A DNA stretch of 46,206 nt, taken from positions 1 to 46,206 of the forward strand of contig JAKISM010000001.1 in the NCBI GenBank assembly GCA_021648585.1, given 5' to 3'. The stretch's first letter is position 1. Every line of letters begins with the position of its first letter. The notes beneath the pieces are model-generated. The model was not told the DNA's origin. It did no database searches and saw only the letters and a list, made by a program, of their open reading frames with translations. Of the stretch, positions 21,701 to 30,999 are shown piece by piece. Origin of the DNA: Devosiaceae bacterium. Its GTDB lineage: Bacteria; Pseudomonadota; Alphaproteobacteria; Rhizobiales; Devosiaceae. The translations under genes were made by a program, and so were the position numbers.

Positions 21701-22177
21701 GCAGGGCGCTTGGCAGGTGTTGTTATTTCTCGCTCGGACAGAAAAACAAAAAAGGGCAAGTCAATGGCAATTATCGCCTTTTCAGATGCTAGCGGTAGTT
21801 TTGAATGCCTTGTATTTTCTGAATTAATTGAAAAATATAATGAAATATTACAGGTTGGTAAATTGCTTATTTTAGATGTTGAAAGTGATAAGCGTCCAGA
21901 TAGCAACAGTTTGCGCCTATTAAACGCCAAAGAAATTTCTAACGAAGTTGATAAAATAGAACAAAAGATGACAATTTTCACTGATGATAAAAAATGCCTT
22001 AGCGCAATTAAACAACAGCTAAAAACAGGTGGTTCTGGTTCTATTAATTTTGTTATCATTCGTGATAGAGGTGAAAGGGAGTATGTTTTATCATTACCGG
22101 GAAATTACCAAATCACTAAACAACTAGCTGGTGGTATCAAGGCGCTTGAGGGCGTTGTTGATGTGCAGTTGAATTAG
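18734..22177 (+). CDS. dnaE: DNA polymerase III subunit alpha (1147 aa)
   Basis: PHP-domain start (FIHLHTHSAYSLLEGALP), GPGRGSGAGSLVAYAL, and FDFLGLKTL...FQVES. TTG at 18734, after GAGGAA, is the only start upstream of the conserved N-terminus. Confidence 0.95.
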   Translation: MKSPGFIHLHTHSAYSLLEGALPLEKLLGLAAKDNQPAIGIADNSNLFGALEFSQKAIAKGIQPIIGCELRVDFNEEDEFTSSLQGIKNTIVLIAMNEQGFLNLSHLVSRAYLEGYNDQVAISLDWLRDKNCEGLICLTGGPEGAINHLFVSNHIDAGNKRLEELHKIFNDRFYVELQRHGTKEEKLCEPFLIEFAYSNGVPLVATNEPFFPQRKDFEAHDALLAISSATVIAQTKRRKLTQDHYYKTRQEMIELFKDIPESLDNSVEIAKRISFYPNIRAPILPRFVEPQKNNNPNSNAEIDELSIQAKKGLKQRLKTLDLAENCTEKTYEERLEFELQVIKDMNYPGYFLIVADFIKWAKEQDIPVGPGRGSGAGSLVAYALTITDLDPLRYNLLFERFLNPDRISMPDFDIDFCQDKREQVIKYVQDKYGHQQVAQIITFGSLQARAALRDVGRVLQMPYPQVDRICKLVPSNPADPVNLEQAIRLEPKLREMRDEDEIVAQLLEIAQNLEGLYRHASTHAAGIVIADRAIEELVPLYKDARSEMPVTQYSQKWVEAAGLVKFDFLGLKTLTIIDNAISMIKQNGDKGFSLENIPIDDEKTYELYQMAETIGVFQVESAGMRRVLIDLKPDRFEDIIALVALYRPGPMDNIGSFCKRKHGQEDSTTLHPDMDAILSETYGIIVYQEQVMQIAQKLSGYSLGEADILRRAMGKKDKKEMDKQRSRFVKGAIDKDIKSGKASSIFDLLAKFANYGFNKSHAAAYALVSYQTAYLKAHYPKEFLAASMTLDMGNTDKLYDFKRDADRLKINIVTPSINRSNVAFDVENDGIIYSLSAIKGIGKQVVEHLVDVRGVSPFLDIADFASRINPKILNKRSLEILVNAGAFDEITPSRDMAFACIESILANAVRIISDKEQGITDMFATNEPLAINFPSNVNSWSDEEQLNREFLVIGFHLSGHPLDSSEELLQRLKVKSLVEFEKNVANGDSAGRLAGVVISRSDRKTKKGKSMAIIAFSDASGSFECLVFSELIEKYNEILQVGKLLILDVESDKRPDSNSLRLLNAKEISNEVDKIEQKMTIFTDDKKCLSAIKQQLKTGGSGSINFVIIRDRGEREYVLSLPGNYQITKQLAGGIKALEGVVDVQLN

Positions 22178-22376
22178 GGCTCTAATCCTAAGTATAATTC
22201 GCAAATGAATTAGATAAAAGCCATAAATAAATGGTTGCGCCATTTAAGCTTTTAGTCTATGACCCGCCTATCACACAGGCAAAAGTTAGGTTTTAGATAA
22301 TATCTATAACCATCCGGTGACAATATGTTGCACTACTTTTGCTAAGGTTTAACCGGTAAACAAAGGAGTATGCTCA

Positions 22377-23459
22377 ATGGCATTACCCAATTTTTCTATG
22401 GCTCAATTACTTGAAGCAGGTGTTCATTTCGGTCACCAAAAACATCGCTGGAATCCAAAAATGGAAAAATTCATTTTTGGTGTTCGTAACGACATTCATA
22501 TTTTAGATCTAAGTCAAACAGTTCCCATGCTTTATCAAGCACTGCAACTTGTTTCAGATACTGTCGCTGAAGGTGGTCGTGTTCTATTTGTTGGCACAAA
22601 GCGCCAAGCTGCACCTATTATTGCAGAAGCCGCAGCTAGTTGCGCGCAATATTATGTAAATTCTCGCTGGCTTGGTGGCATGTTGACCAACTGGCAAACA
22701 ATTTCAAAATCAATCGCTCGCCTTCGTGAGCTTGAAGAAATTGACAGTAGTGGTCTTACCAAAAAAGAACTTTTGCAATTTTCTAGAGAGCAAACTCGCC
22801 TTGAAAGAGATCTAGGTGGCATTAAAAATATGGGCAATGTACCAAGCTTAATGTTTGTTATCGATACTAATAAAGAATCTATTGCAATCAAAGAAGCTCG
22901 TCGTTTAGGCATTCCAGTGGTAGCTGTTATTGATTCTAATTGTAATCCAAAAGACGCTGATTTCCCTTTCCCCGGAAATGACGATGCAAGTCGTGCGATT
23001 GAGTTATATTGTGATTTAATTGCCAAAGCTTGTATTGATGGCATATCACGTTCTTCAACTGCACAAGGTGTTGATTTGGGTGCAAGTGAAGAGGTTTTAG
23101 AAGAACCTGCATTGCAAGCTGAAACTGCACAGGTTGAAGAAAAGCCAGTGCCAGAAGTTAAAAAAGCAGAAGCAAAAGAAGAGCCAAAAGAAAAACCAAA
23201 AGCAAAAGAAGAAAAAGCTGCAGATACTGCAACTGCTTTGTTTTCAACTCCTGATGGTGATGCGGACGATCTTAAAAAAATCAGTGGCGTTGGCCCTGTT
23301 CTTGAGAAAAAGCTCAATGCACTTGGCATAACAACATTTGCACAAGTAGCAGCTTTTACCAAAGAAGATATCGCCAAAGTTGATGACGCACTTAGCTTTA
23401 AGGGGCGTATTGATCGTGATGATTGGCTAAAACAAGCGGAAGAATTAGCAAAAGCCTAA
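22377..23459 (+). CDS. rpsB: 30S ribosomal protein S2 with a ~135-aa C-terminal extension (360 aa)
   Basis: Contains [15 protein letters not shown] and the conserved S2 core up to about residue 226. A charged E/K/P/A-rich linker follows, then a 64-aa HhH-like module, [31 protein letters not shown]...[12 protein letters not shown] strong RBS (AAAGGAG) is present. Confidence 0.93.
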   Translation: MALPNFSMAQLLEAGVHFGHQKHRWNPKMEKFIFGVRNDIHILDLSQTVPMLYQALQLVSDTVAEGGRVLFVGTKRQAAPIIAEAAASCAQYYVNSRWLGGMLTNWQTISKSIARLRELEEIDSSGLTKKELLQFSREQTRLERDLGGIKNMGNVPSLMFVIDTNKESIAIKEARRLGIPVVAVIDSNCNPKDADFPFPGNDDASRAIELYCDLIAKACIDGISRSSTAQGVDLGASEEVLEEPALQAETAQVEEKPVPEVKKAEAKEEPKEKPKAKEEKAADTATALFSTPDGDADDLKKISGVGPVLEKKLNALGITTFAQVAAFTKEDIAKVDDALSFKGRIDRDDWLKQAEELAKA

Positions 23460-23526
23460 ATCATCTGCTTAGAAGTTTTAAATATGATTTAAGCCCAAAT
23501 TGGGTTGTAAAATAAGGTATGGTTAG

Positions 23527-24450
23527 ATGGCAGTTACTGCAGCACAAGTAAAAGAATTACGTGAAATCACAGGCGTAGGCATGATGGATTGTAAAAAAGC
23601 ACTTCAAGAAACTAATGGCGATATTGATGCTGCAGTTGATTGGCTAAGAACTCGTGGCCTTGCCAAAGCCGCTAAAAAAGCAAGCAGAGTAGCCTCAGAA
23701 GGACTAATCGGCGTGGCAAGCAATGGCAATAGTGCAGCGGTTGTTGAAGTAAATTCTGAAACAGATTTTGTTGCACGCAATGAGCAATTTCAATCAATAG
23801 TATCAACTATTGCTAATTTGGCACTAGAAAATGATGGCGATTTTGAAAAGGTAGGAAATACAGCATATCCAAATAGTAGCAATTCTGTGAATGAAGAAAT
23901 TACTGAAGCGGTTGCAAAAATTGGCGAAAATATGAGTTTTCGCCGCTCAGCTAAGCTTTCAGTTTCAAGTGGTGTTGTTAGCTCCTATATGCACACTCCG
24001 ATTGTTTCGGGTTTGGGTAAAATTGGTGTTTTGGTTGCTCTTGAATCACAGGGCGATAAAGAGGCACTAGATAATCTTGGTCGTCAAGTTGCTATGCATA
24101 TTGCAGCTATTGCACCTCTTGCTATTTCACCAGATGAGCTTGATCAAGATTTAGTGGCACGTGAGAAAGCGGTTTTTAAGGAGCAAGCGATTGAATCTGG
24201 TAAACCTGCTGAAATTGCTGAAAAAATGGTAGAAGGCCGTCTTCGTAAATATTATAAAGAAGTTTGTCTATTATCTCAAATATTTGTTGTTGACGGCGAA
24301 AATACTGTTGAAAAAGCAATCGAATTAGCTGAAAAAACAGTTGGCGCACCAATTAAATTAATAGGGTTTACTCGCTTTGCGCTTGGTGAAGGCATTGAGA
24401 AAAAAGAAGAAGATTTTGCAGCGGAAGTTGCAGCAGTAGCAGGAAAATAA
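23527..24450 (+). CDS. tsf: Elongation factor Ts
   Basis: N-terminal UBA-like motif [21 protein letters not shown]; 307 aa; classical rpsB-tsf pairing. Confidence 0.95.
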   Translation: MAVTAAQVKELREITGVGMMDCKKALQETNGDIDAAVDWLRTRGLAKAAKKASRVASEGLIGVASNGNSAAVVEVNSETDFVARNEQFQSIVSTIANLALENDGDFEKVGNTAYPNSSNSVNEEITEAVAKIGENMSFRRSAKLSVSSGVVSSYMHTPIVSGLGKIGVLVALESQGDKEALDNLGRQVAMHIAAIAPLAISPDELDQDLVAREKAVFKEQAIESGKPAEIAEKMVEGRLRKYYKEVCLLSQIFVVDGENTVEKAIELAEKTVGAPIKLIGFTRFALGEGIEKKEEDFAAEVAAVAGK

Positions 24451-24489
24451 AAAACGCTAATATAAACTTGAAATGATAAGAGGTTTTCT

Positions 24490-25206
24490 ATGACAAAAAG
24501 AGCGAAGTATAAACGAGTTCTTCTAAAAGTCTCTGGTGAAGCTCTTGCTGGAGGACAACCTAGCGGCATTGATCCTAAGTTTCTTGATATGGTGGCAGTT
24601 CAAATTATTTCTTTAGCGCAATCTGGTGTTGAAATTGGCGTGGTTATTGGCGGCGGTAATATTTTTCGTGGAATGTCGGTTGCAGCCAAAGGTGGCGATC
24701 GTGTAACTGGCGATCATATGGGCATGTTAAGCACCGTAATAAATGCTATTGCGCTTGGCGATGCTATTCGTCGCAAGGGCGGCAATTCACACGTTTTTTC
24801 ATCTGTCACAATGCCATCAATCGCAGATACTTTTACTCAAAGAGCAGCTATTAGCGCTATTAAATCAGGATCGATTGTAATTTGTGCTGGTGGTACAGGA
24901 AATCCTTTTTTTACAACAGATACCGCAGCCGCTCTTAAAGCAATAGAATTACGCTGTGATGTTTTGCTAAAGGGCACTAATGTTGATGGCGTTTATTCTG
25001 ACGATCCAAAAACTAACCCCAATGCCACACGATATTCTACGATTAGCTATGATGAAGTAATTAAGCGTAATTTGCGAGTTATGGACACGGCAGCCTTTGC
25101 GCTTGCACGAGATAATAAATTACCAATAATAGTATATTCATTGGCAGATGAGGCAGGCCTAAAAGGTGTGCTTGATGGAAGTGCAAAAAGCACTTATGTT
25201 GGGTAA
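24490..25206 (+). CDS. pyrH: UMP kinase
   Basis: Contains YKRVLLKVSGEAL and GGGNIFRG, plus the amino-acid kinase fold signature GTGNPFFTTDTAAAL. Confidence 0.95.
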   Translation: MTKRAKYKRVLLKVSGEALAGGQPSGIDPKFLDMVAVQIISLAQSGVEIGVVIGGGNIFRGMSVAAKGGDRVTGDHMGMLSTVINAIALGDAIRRKGGNSHVFSSVTMPSIADTFTQRAAISAIKSGSIVICAGGTGNPFFTTDTAAALKAIELRCDVLLKGTNVDGVYSDDPKTNPNATRYSTISYDEVIKRNLRVMDTAAFALARDNKLPIIVYSLADEAGLKGVLDGSAKSTYVG

Positions 25207-25255
25207 AGACTAATTATATCTGTACTGATTCTAGTGCTAATAAGGAGGAGCGATA

Positions 25256-25816
25256 ATGGCTGGTGATTTTTCAATTAATTCACTCAAATCAAGAATGGAC
25301 AAATCTGTTGCATCATTAAAAGATGAATTGGCAGGTTTAAGAACTGGTCGTGCTAGCGCTAGCATGTTAGAGCCCGTAACAGTTGAAGCCTATGGCTCGC
25401 AAATGCCGCTAAATCAAGTGGCAACTGTTTCAGTTCCAGAATCAAGAATGTTAAGTGTTCAAGTTTGGGATCAATCTATGGCAGGCGCTGTTGATAAAGC
25501 AATTCGTGAGAGCGGCTTAGGGCTAAACCCAATAGCTGAAGGTGCTGTTATTCGTGTTCCAATCCCCGAACTTAACGAGGAAAGACGCAAGGAACTATCA
25601 AAAGTTGCTCATACTTATGCAGAGCAAGGTAGGGTTGCAGTGCGTCATATTCGCCGAGATGGAATGGACGAACTAAAGGCTTTAGAAAAAAATGGCGGTA
25701 TGGGGCAAGATGAAAGCCGTTCAAACTCCGATAAAGTGCAAAAAACTACCGATGAAGCTATTGCTCAAATTGATAGTATCTTGGCTAGTAAAGAACAAGA
25801 AATTATGCAGGTTTAA
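25256..25816 (+). CDS. frr: Ribosome recycling factor
   Basis: 186 aa with [17 protein letters not shown] and [16 protein letters not shown]. It sits in the conserved pyrH-frr-uppS order. Confidence 0.95.
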   Translation: MAGDFSINSLKSRMDKSVASLKDELAGLRTGRASASMLEPVTVEAYGSQMPLNQVATVSVPESRMLSVQVWDQSMAGAVDKAIRESGLGLNPIAEGAVIRVPIPELNEERRKELSKVAHTYAEQGRVAVRHIRRDGMDELKALEKNGGMGQDESRSNSDKVQKTTDEAIAQIDSILASKEQEIMQV

Positions 25817-25849
25817 CATCAGTGTTGATGGTTTTGCTGGAGAGAAATA

Positions 25850-26575
25850 TTGTCCAACAAAAATAGTGGTCCTGAACTAAAAATCCCAACTCACTTAGCG
25901 GTTACAATGGATGGGAATGGTCGTTGGGCTAAGCTTCGTGGTATGGCACGCACCGCTGGGCATAAAGCAGGGACACAAGCTCTTAGAAAACTGGTTGAAT
26001 ATTGTATTTCCTATGAAATAAAATATCTCACAATATTCAGTTTTAGTTCTGAAAATTGGTCAAGGCCAAAAGATGAAGTGAATTTTATTTTACGCCTGAT
26101 GCGTCATTATGTAACTTCTGATCTAGAAAAGCTCAATAAAAATAATGTTAAAATCAAAGTGATAGGTGAGCGTGGCACTTTAGATAAGCCCATATTGAAT
26201 TTGATAGAAAAGGCTGAAACAGTTACAAAGAATAACACAGGGTTAGAGCTAATAATTGCTTTCAATTATGGGGGCAGGGGAGAGATTGCCTCGGCTTTTA
26301 AGAAAATCGCACAAAATATTCAAAATGGTGATGTTTCGATTAATGATATTGATGAGGATATGATATCTAATTCTCTTTATTTGCCAAATATCCCTGACCC
26401 TGATTTAATATTACGTACTAGCGGGGAAATAAGATTTTCAAATTTCCTTCTTTGGCAATCTGCATATTCAGAATTAATGTTTATTGATGATTTATGGCCT
26501 GACTTTAATGAAAAAACCTTTATAAAGGTATTGCAAGAATTTTCTTTACGCCAAAGACGTTTTGGTGGGGTTTAG
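25850..26575 (+). CDS. uppS: Di-trans,poly-cis-undecaprenyl-diphosphate synthase
   Basis: Contains HLAVTMDGNGRWA, IRTSGEIRFSNFLLWQSAYSE and RRFGG. The first ATG lies inside the catalytic MDGNGRWA motif, so the TTG at 25850 (after GGAGAG) is the likely start. Confidence 0.92.
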   Translation: MSNKNSGPELKIPTHLAVTMDGNGRWAKLRGMARTAGHKAGTQALRKLVEYCISYEIKYLTIFSFSSENWSRPKDEVNFILRLMRHYVTSDLEKLNKNNVKIKVIGERGTLDKPILNLIEKAETVTKNNTGLELIIAFNYGGRGEIASAFKKIAQNIQNGDVSINDIDEDMISNSLYLPNIPDPDLILRTSGEIRFSNFLLWQSAYSELMFIDDLWPDFNEKTFIKVLQEFSLRQRRFGGV

Positions 26576-26586
26576 GGTTTAGATTT

Positions 26587-27450
26587 ATGAAACAAGCTGA
26601 CACAGAAACAAAAAAGAGTCGTTGGGCTGATCTAGGTCCCCGCCTGCTTTCTGCTATGGTTCTTTTGCCACTGACCGCTCTTTTGCTTTATTTAGGTGAT
26701 ATTTGGTTTGCGGCATTAGTCGGGCTAGTATTTGCTGGTGTCTATCGTGAATGGGAAATAATGCTTGGCGTTGGCAAACTTGCTAAATATGGCTACGTAT
26801 TAGTTGGTTTTATCGCACTAAGCGCCATTGCTTTTCCAGTTTCAGGTATTGTTGGCGTAAGTATAATTATATTCGTGGCAATCATTTTTACTCTATTAAC
26901 CCATGTTTTTGCTAAGTTAAGCTTGTCATTATTATTATGGCGCATTGCAGGTCTGATTTATTTTGGCGCAGTAATAATTGCAATTCTATCCATTCGAGCT
27001 AATATACCTTTAGGCATTGTTGCTGGTGTATTTTTGGCAACAAGTGTTTGGATGACAGATACGGGAGCTTTTTTTGCTGGTCGTTATATTGGGGGCGCAA
27101 AATTATCGCCAGATATTTCACCTTCAAAAACTTGGTCTGGCGCATTCGGTGGTCTAATAGTTGGAGCGCTTAGTGGCTCGCTTGTTTGGCTAATCGCAGT
27201 TCCTTCCGCTTGGTGGATAGGGCTTTTATTAGCTGGTGTGCTAAGCCTATCTGGTCAGTTAGGTGATTTGCTTGAAAGTGCTATTAAGCGTCGTTTTAAG
27301 ATTAAAGATAGTAGCGATCTTATTCCCGGTCATGGCGGATTATTAGATAGATTAGATAGTCTAACTTTGGCTTCATTAGTGTTCTTTATAATAGGCTTTT
27401 TGAATTCAGGTGAGTTAGAGCATATTACTATTGGTTTTCTAATTTGGTAA
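26587..27450 (+). CDS. cdsA: Phosphatidate cytidylyltransferase
   Basis: Polytopic membrane protein with the CdsA signature SAIKRRFKIKDSSDLIPGHGGLLDRLDS. Confidence 0.92.
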   Translation: MKQADTETKKSRWADLGPRLLSAMVLLPLTALLLYLGDIWFAALVGLVFAGVYREWEIMLGVGKLAKYGYVLVGFIALSAIAFPVSGIVGVSIIIFVAIIFTLLTHVFAKLSLSLLLWRIAGLIYFGAVIIAILSIRANIPLGIVAGVFLATSVWMTDTGAFFAGRYIGGAKLSPDISPSKTWSGAFGGLIVGALSGSLVWLIAVPSAWWIGLLLAGVLSLSGQLGDLLESAIKRRFKIKDSSDLIPGHGGLLDRLDSLTLASLVFFIIGFLNSGELEHITIGFLIW

Positions 27451-27476
27451 TTTCAGTATAGTTTTAAGGGTTTTTT

Positions 27477-28586
27477 ATGGATTTCATTATCTGGTTGCTT
27501 TCTTATATTGTGCCATTTTTGGTGGTTTTAACGATTATAGTTTTCATTCATGAAATGGGTCATTATCTAGTTGCAAGATGGAATAATATTGCTATTAAAA
27601 CTTTTTCGGTAGGCTTTGGTAAAGAGTTAATTGGCTTTACAGATAAAGCTGGTACTAGATGGAAGCTTTCTGTAATTCCACTTGGTGGATATGTGCAATT
27701 TTTAGGCGATATGAATGCTGCAAGCGTACCTGATAATGAAGCATTAGAAAAATTTCCAAAAGAAATTGCGCCTAGATTATTTGCTAATAAAAATGTCTGG
27801 CAACGTATAGCTGTTGTGAGTGCAGGGCCTATTGCCAATATAATTTTTACATTCCTTATACTATATGCACTTTTGCTTGGATATGGCCGCTATTATGCGC
27901 CAGCAACTTTTGATGAAATTATTCCAGATACAGTTGCACAATCTGCAGGTTTGCAAGCAGGTGATGAGGTATTATCTATTGATGGTTATCAAGTTCGCGG
28001 TTTTAATGATGTACAGCGCTTAATTTCGACTTCTCCAGAAAGACCTATATCAATTATAGTTGATCGCTTAGGTCAAGAACTTAGTTTTACTATTACCCCA
28101 AAAGCCGAGCAAATAACGGATAGGTTTGGTAATAATATTAAAATTGGACGTATCGGCGTTAGACGTTCAATCGAGCCAGAAGAATATAAGCTCTATAAAC
28201 CAACAATGGTGGAAGCTGTTGGCATGACTTTTGAAGAGATGTGGTTCATTATTGATAGAACTGCAGCCTTTATTGGAGATTTCTTTGTCGGGCGAGGGGA
28301 TTTGGAACAATTAGGTGGGCCTGTTAAAATCGCTAAAGTTTCTGGTGAGGTGGCAACGCTTGGAATCATTGCTCTTATAAATTTAATGGCGTTGCTCTCA
28401 CTAAATATTGGCATATTCAATCTATTGCCAATTCCGATGCTTGATGGCGGACATTTAAGCTATTATTTCTACGAAGCGATACGTGGAAAACCTCTTAGCC
28501 AGAAAATTCAAGATTTTGGTTTCAGAATTGGTGCATTTCTTATCTTTTCGTTAATGTTATTTACTATTATTAACGATATCTTTTGA
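27477..28586 (+). CDS. rseP: Site-2 (RIP) zinc metalloprotease RseP
   Basis: Has HEMGHYLVAR (HExxH in TM1), a central PDZ-like segment (AGLQAGDEVLSIDG) and NLLPIPMLDGGH. Confidence 0.92.
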   Translation: MDFIIWLLSYIVPFLVVLTIIVFIHEMGHYLVARWNNIAIKTFSVGFGKELIGFTDKAGTRWKLSVIPLGGYVQFLGDMNAASVPDNEALEKFPKEIAPRLFANKNVWQRIAVVSAGPIANIIFTFLILYALLLGYGRYYAPATFDEIIPDTVAQSAGLQAGDEVLSIDGYQVRGFNDVQRLISTSPERPISIIVDRLGQELSFTITPKAEQITDRFGNNIKIGRIGVRRSIEPEEYKLYKPTMVEAVGMTFEEMWFIIDRTAAFIGDFFVGRGDLEQLGGPVKIAKVSGEVATLGIIALINLMALLSLNIGIFNLLPIPMLDGGHLSYYFYEAIRGKPLSQKIQDFGFRIGAFLIFSLMLFTIINDIF

Positions 28587-28823
28587 GTCGCTAGAAAAAT
28601 GTGTCAAACTGTGGCAAAAACTACACACAAACCAATATTTTAGTAACTAAATAGGTGGTTAAGCCTTGCGCTAAGGCAAAAAACCATTAAAACAATAGAT
28701 AGAATAACATTAGTGTAGAGTCGTGTGTTTGCGAATGGTATATTATAGACACGCTATTTTAAGAGGATATACTGATAAAACCACCTTCGTTTTAGGTAAC
28801 CAATATTAAGGGCAACCAATATT

Positions 28824-30929
28824 ATGATTTTTAGATTTAAATTTATTCGCAGCTTTTTATTGGCGCTATCTTTGTTGATAAGTGCGCCTCTGGTTACAAT
28901 GCAAGCACAAGCCAATCCTAACAATCAAGGACAGCTAGTTGCATCTGTTTTATTTGAAGGTAATCAGCGTTTTTCTGATGCCCAACTAATAAGCATGATA
29001 GATTTAGCCTCATTTGGTGTTTTTTCTGATGAGCGTCTTAATGTTGATATTCGCTCAATTTCATTGGCTTACGATGGAGCTGGTTACACTGATGTTAGTG
29101 TTAGTGCAAATAAGGACGTTTTGGATAATGGTCGTATTGTCGTAACTTTTATTATTAATGAAGGCGATCGTTCAGGTATTGGTGGTATTAATTTTACTGG
29201 AAATAATTCTATTGGTGCTAACCAGTTAAAAGATGCGATTATTACAAAAGAAACTAATCTATTAAGTTGGCTTCTAAAAGACGATAGTTATGATGAAGAT
29301 AAATTAGCCTATGATAGTGAGGTTATTAGGAATTATTATGCCAATCGTGGTTATCCTGATGCGCAGGTTCTCTCAGCAGTTGCAGAATACGATACTTCAC
29401 GTAGAGCGTATTTCATTAATTTCACTATTAACGAAGGTGAATATTATGAATTTGGCAATATTTCGATTGAAACTAGCATTCCTGGATTAGATGTTGAGGT
29501 GCTTAAGCAAGCAATCTCTACAAATGAGGGCAGTCGTTATTCAGTTAAAAAACTTACAAAAACTGCACAAGACATGGCTTTTAGAGCAACCGCTCAAGGT
29601 TATGCTTTTGCTAATGTGCGTCCACGTATTGATCGTGATGTAGCCAATAGATCATTCTCCATTACTTATTTGGTTGATGAGGGCGCTAGAATCTATGTTG
29701 AACGGGTTAATATTTACGGCAATCAAAAAACTAGAGATTTTGTTATTCGCCGTGAATTAGGTTTTGCAGAAGGTGATCCTTTTAATCGCTCAATAGTAAC
29801 TAGAGCAAAAGACAATATTGAAAATCTGGGTTTCTTCTCAATGGTTAATGTTACATCTGAGCGAGGTAGTGCGGCAGATAAAGTGGTCATTAATATTGCT
29901 GTAGAAGAAAAATCTACAGGTGATTACGGCTTCACTGCAGGTTATTCTTCAGAGCAGGGTGTGCTTGGTGAAATTTCCCTTACAGAAAATAACTTCCTAG
30001 GTCGTGGCCAATATCTAAAAGTTGCAATTGGTGCTACTCAAGGCGGGCAAACTTATCAATTCTCATTTACTGAGCCACGCTTTATGGGGCTAAAGATTTC
30101 TGCAGGTATTGATCTTTATAAAAAAGTAGCAGAAGAGACTGCGTCAAGCTTTTACGGCTCAGATGCTACAGGTGGTCAATTTAACTTTGGCATGCCAATT
30201 ACTAACGAATTAAGCACATCTGTTTTTGTTGGCTTTGAGTCTAAAAAATTTACTGATGCTATTGCGCCACTTACAGCTATAGGTATTGCTGATGGTGATA
30301 TACGAACTAAAGCATTTGTTGGATATTCGCTTACTTATAACGGGTTAGATGATATCAGAAAGCCAACTAATGGTATTTATGCTAGCCTTACTCAGCAATA
30401 TGTAGGTTTTGATAATAATTATATTAAAACAGATATAAAAGCGCGTTATTTCCTTCCAATAGTTGAAGATAGCGGGTTTATAGCTTCTGTAAAAGGTCAG
30501 GCTGGAATTGTTAGTGATCTTAGTGGTTCTGGTGTTCACCCAACTGAAGCATATGTTTTAGGGGCACAATTAGTTCGTGGATTTACTGGTGGTGGTATGG
30601 GGCCTCGTATCTTAGCTTCGGGTGAAGGACTTGGTGCAACTTGGTATGCTGGACTTTCAGCAGAAGTTGAATTCCCAATTCCAGTATTGCCAGAATCATA
30701 CGGCCTATCTGGTGCTATTTGGGCAGATGTTGGATATGTTGGTCCTGAATCAACAGGCGGGCCTGTTGCAACGGCTGGAACAACTCAACCACTACGTTCA
30801 TCTATAGGTGCTTCTATTATTTGGGATTCACCGTTTGGACCGCTTCGTGGTGATTTTGCTCATGTATTACAAAAAGATGCAGCAGACAGCACGCAAGTAT
30901 TCCAATTAACAATGAGAACATTGCTTTAA
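28824..30929 (+). CDS. bamA: Outer membrane protein assembly factor BamA (short form, 701 aa)
   Basis: Signal peptide (...LVTMQAQA), POTRA-type repeats beginning VASVLFEGNQ, IGGINFTGNN, FGNISIE and VERVNIYGNQ, then a C-terminal beta-barrel region. It occupies the conserved rseP-bamA-lpxD position. Confidence 0.9.
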   Translation: MIFRFKFIRSFLLALSLLISAPLVTMQAQANPNNQGQLVASVLFEGNQRFSDAQLISMIDLASFGVFSDERLNVDIRSISLAYDGAGYTDVSVSANKDVLDNGRIVVTFIINEGDRSGIGGINFTGNNSIGANQLKDAIITKETNLLSWLLKDDSYDEDKLAYDSEVIRNYYANRGYPDAQVLSAVAEYDTSRRAYFINFTINEGEYYEFGNISIETSIPGLDVEVLKQAISTNEGSRYSVKKLTKTAQDMAFRATAQGYAFANVRPRIDRDVANRSFSITYLVDEGARIYVERVNIYGNQKTRDFVIRRELGFAEGDPFNRSIVTRAKDNIENLGFFSMVNVTSERGSAADKVVINIAVEEKSTGDYGFTAGYSSEQGVLGEISLTENNFLGRGQYLKVAIGATQGGQTYQFSFTEPRFMGLKISAGIDLYKKVAEETASSFYGSDATGGQFNFGMPITNELSTSVFVGFESKKFTDAIAPLTAIGIADGDIRTKAFVGYSLTYNGLDDIRKPTNGIYASLTQQYVGFDNNYIKTDIKARYFLPIVEDSGFIASVKGQAGIVSDLSGSGVHPTEAYVLGAQLVRGFTGGGMGPRILASGEGLGATWYAGLSAEVEFPIPVLPESYGLSGAIWADVGYVGPESTGGPVATAGTTQPLRSSIGASIIWDSPFGPLRGDFAHVLQKDAADSTQVFQLTMRTLL

Positions 30930-30955
30930 GCTCTTTAATATGACTTTATATAAAT

Positions 30956-30988
30956 GCCGCAACGTAATATGCGTTGCGGTATTTTTTT
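30956..30988 (+). terminator. Rho-independent terminator downstream of bamA
   Basis: 8-bp GC-rich stem CCGCAACG/CGTTGCGG (30957-30964 / 30972-30979) with a 7-nt loop, followed by a T7 run (30982-30988). Confidence 0.75.
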
Positions 30989-30999
30989 AGGTAAATGAT

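Noticed and set aside
21067-22059. Two antisense ORFs of 149-157 aa inside dnaE; similar ones occur at 6118-6543, 15425-15850, 38748-39212 and 41976-42449.
   Set aside because: All lie entirely within well-supported genes on the opposite strand or in another frame. Their composition is biased (S/I/L/A-rich) with no motifs, which is typical of shadow ORFs.
22652-23377. 241-aa minus-strand ORF and a lysine-rich + strand alternate-frame ORF (23134-23331), both inside rpsB.
   Set aside because: Both overlap the S2 coding frame. The K/Q-rich peptide is simply the E/K/P/A-rich linker codons (AAG/GAA/AAA runs) read out of frame. Neither has a start context or motifs.
28587-28823. 237-nt gap upstream of bamA with weak hairpins (GCCTT-GCGCT-AAGGC) and the direct repeat AACCAATATT(A) x2 next to the start codon.
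   Set aside because: The stems are short (5 bp) and there is no U-tract. The only ORF is 14 codons with no RBS. The direct repeat is AT-rich and could arise by chance. There is not enough evidence to call an ncRNA or operator.
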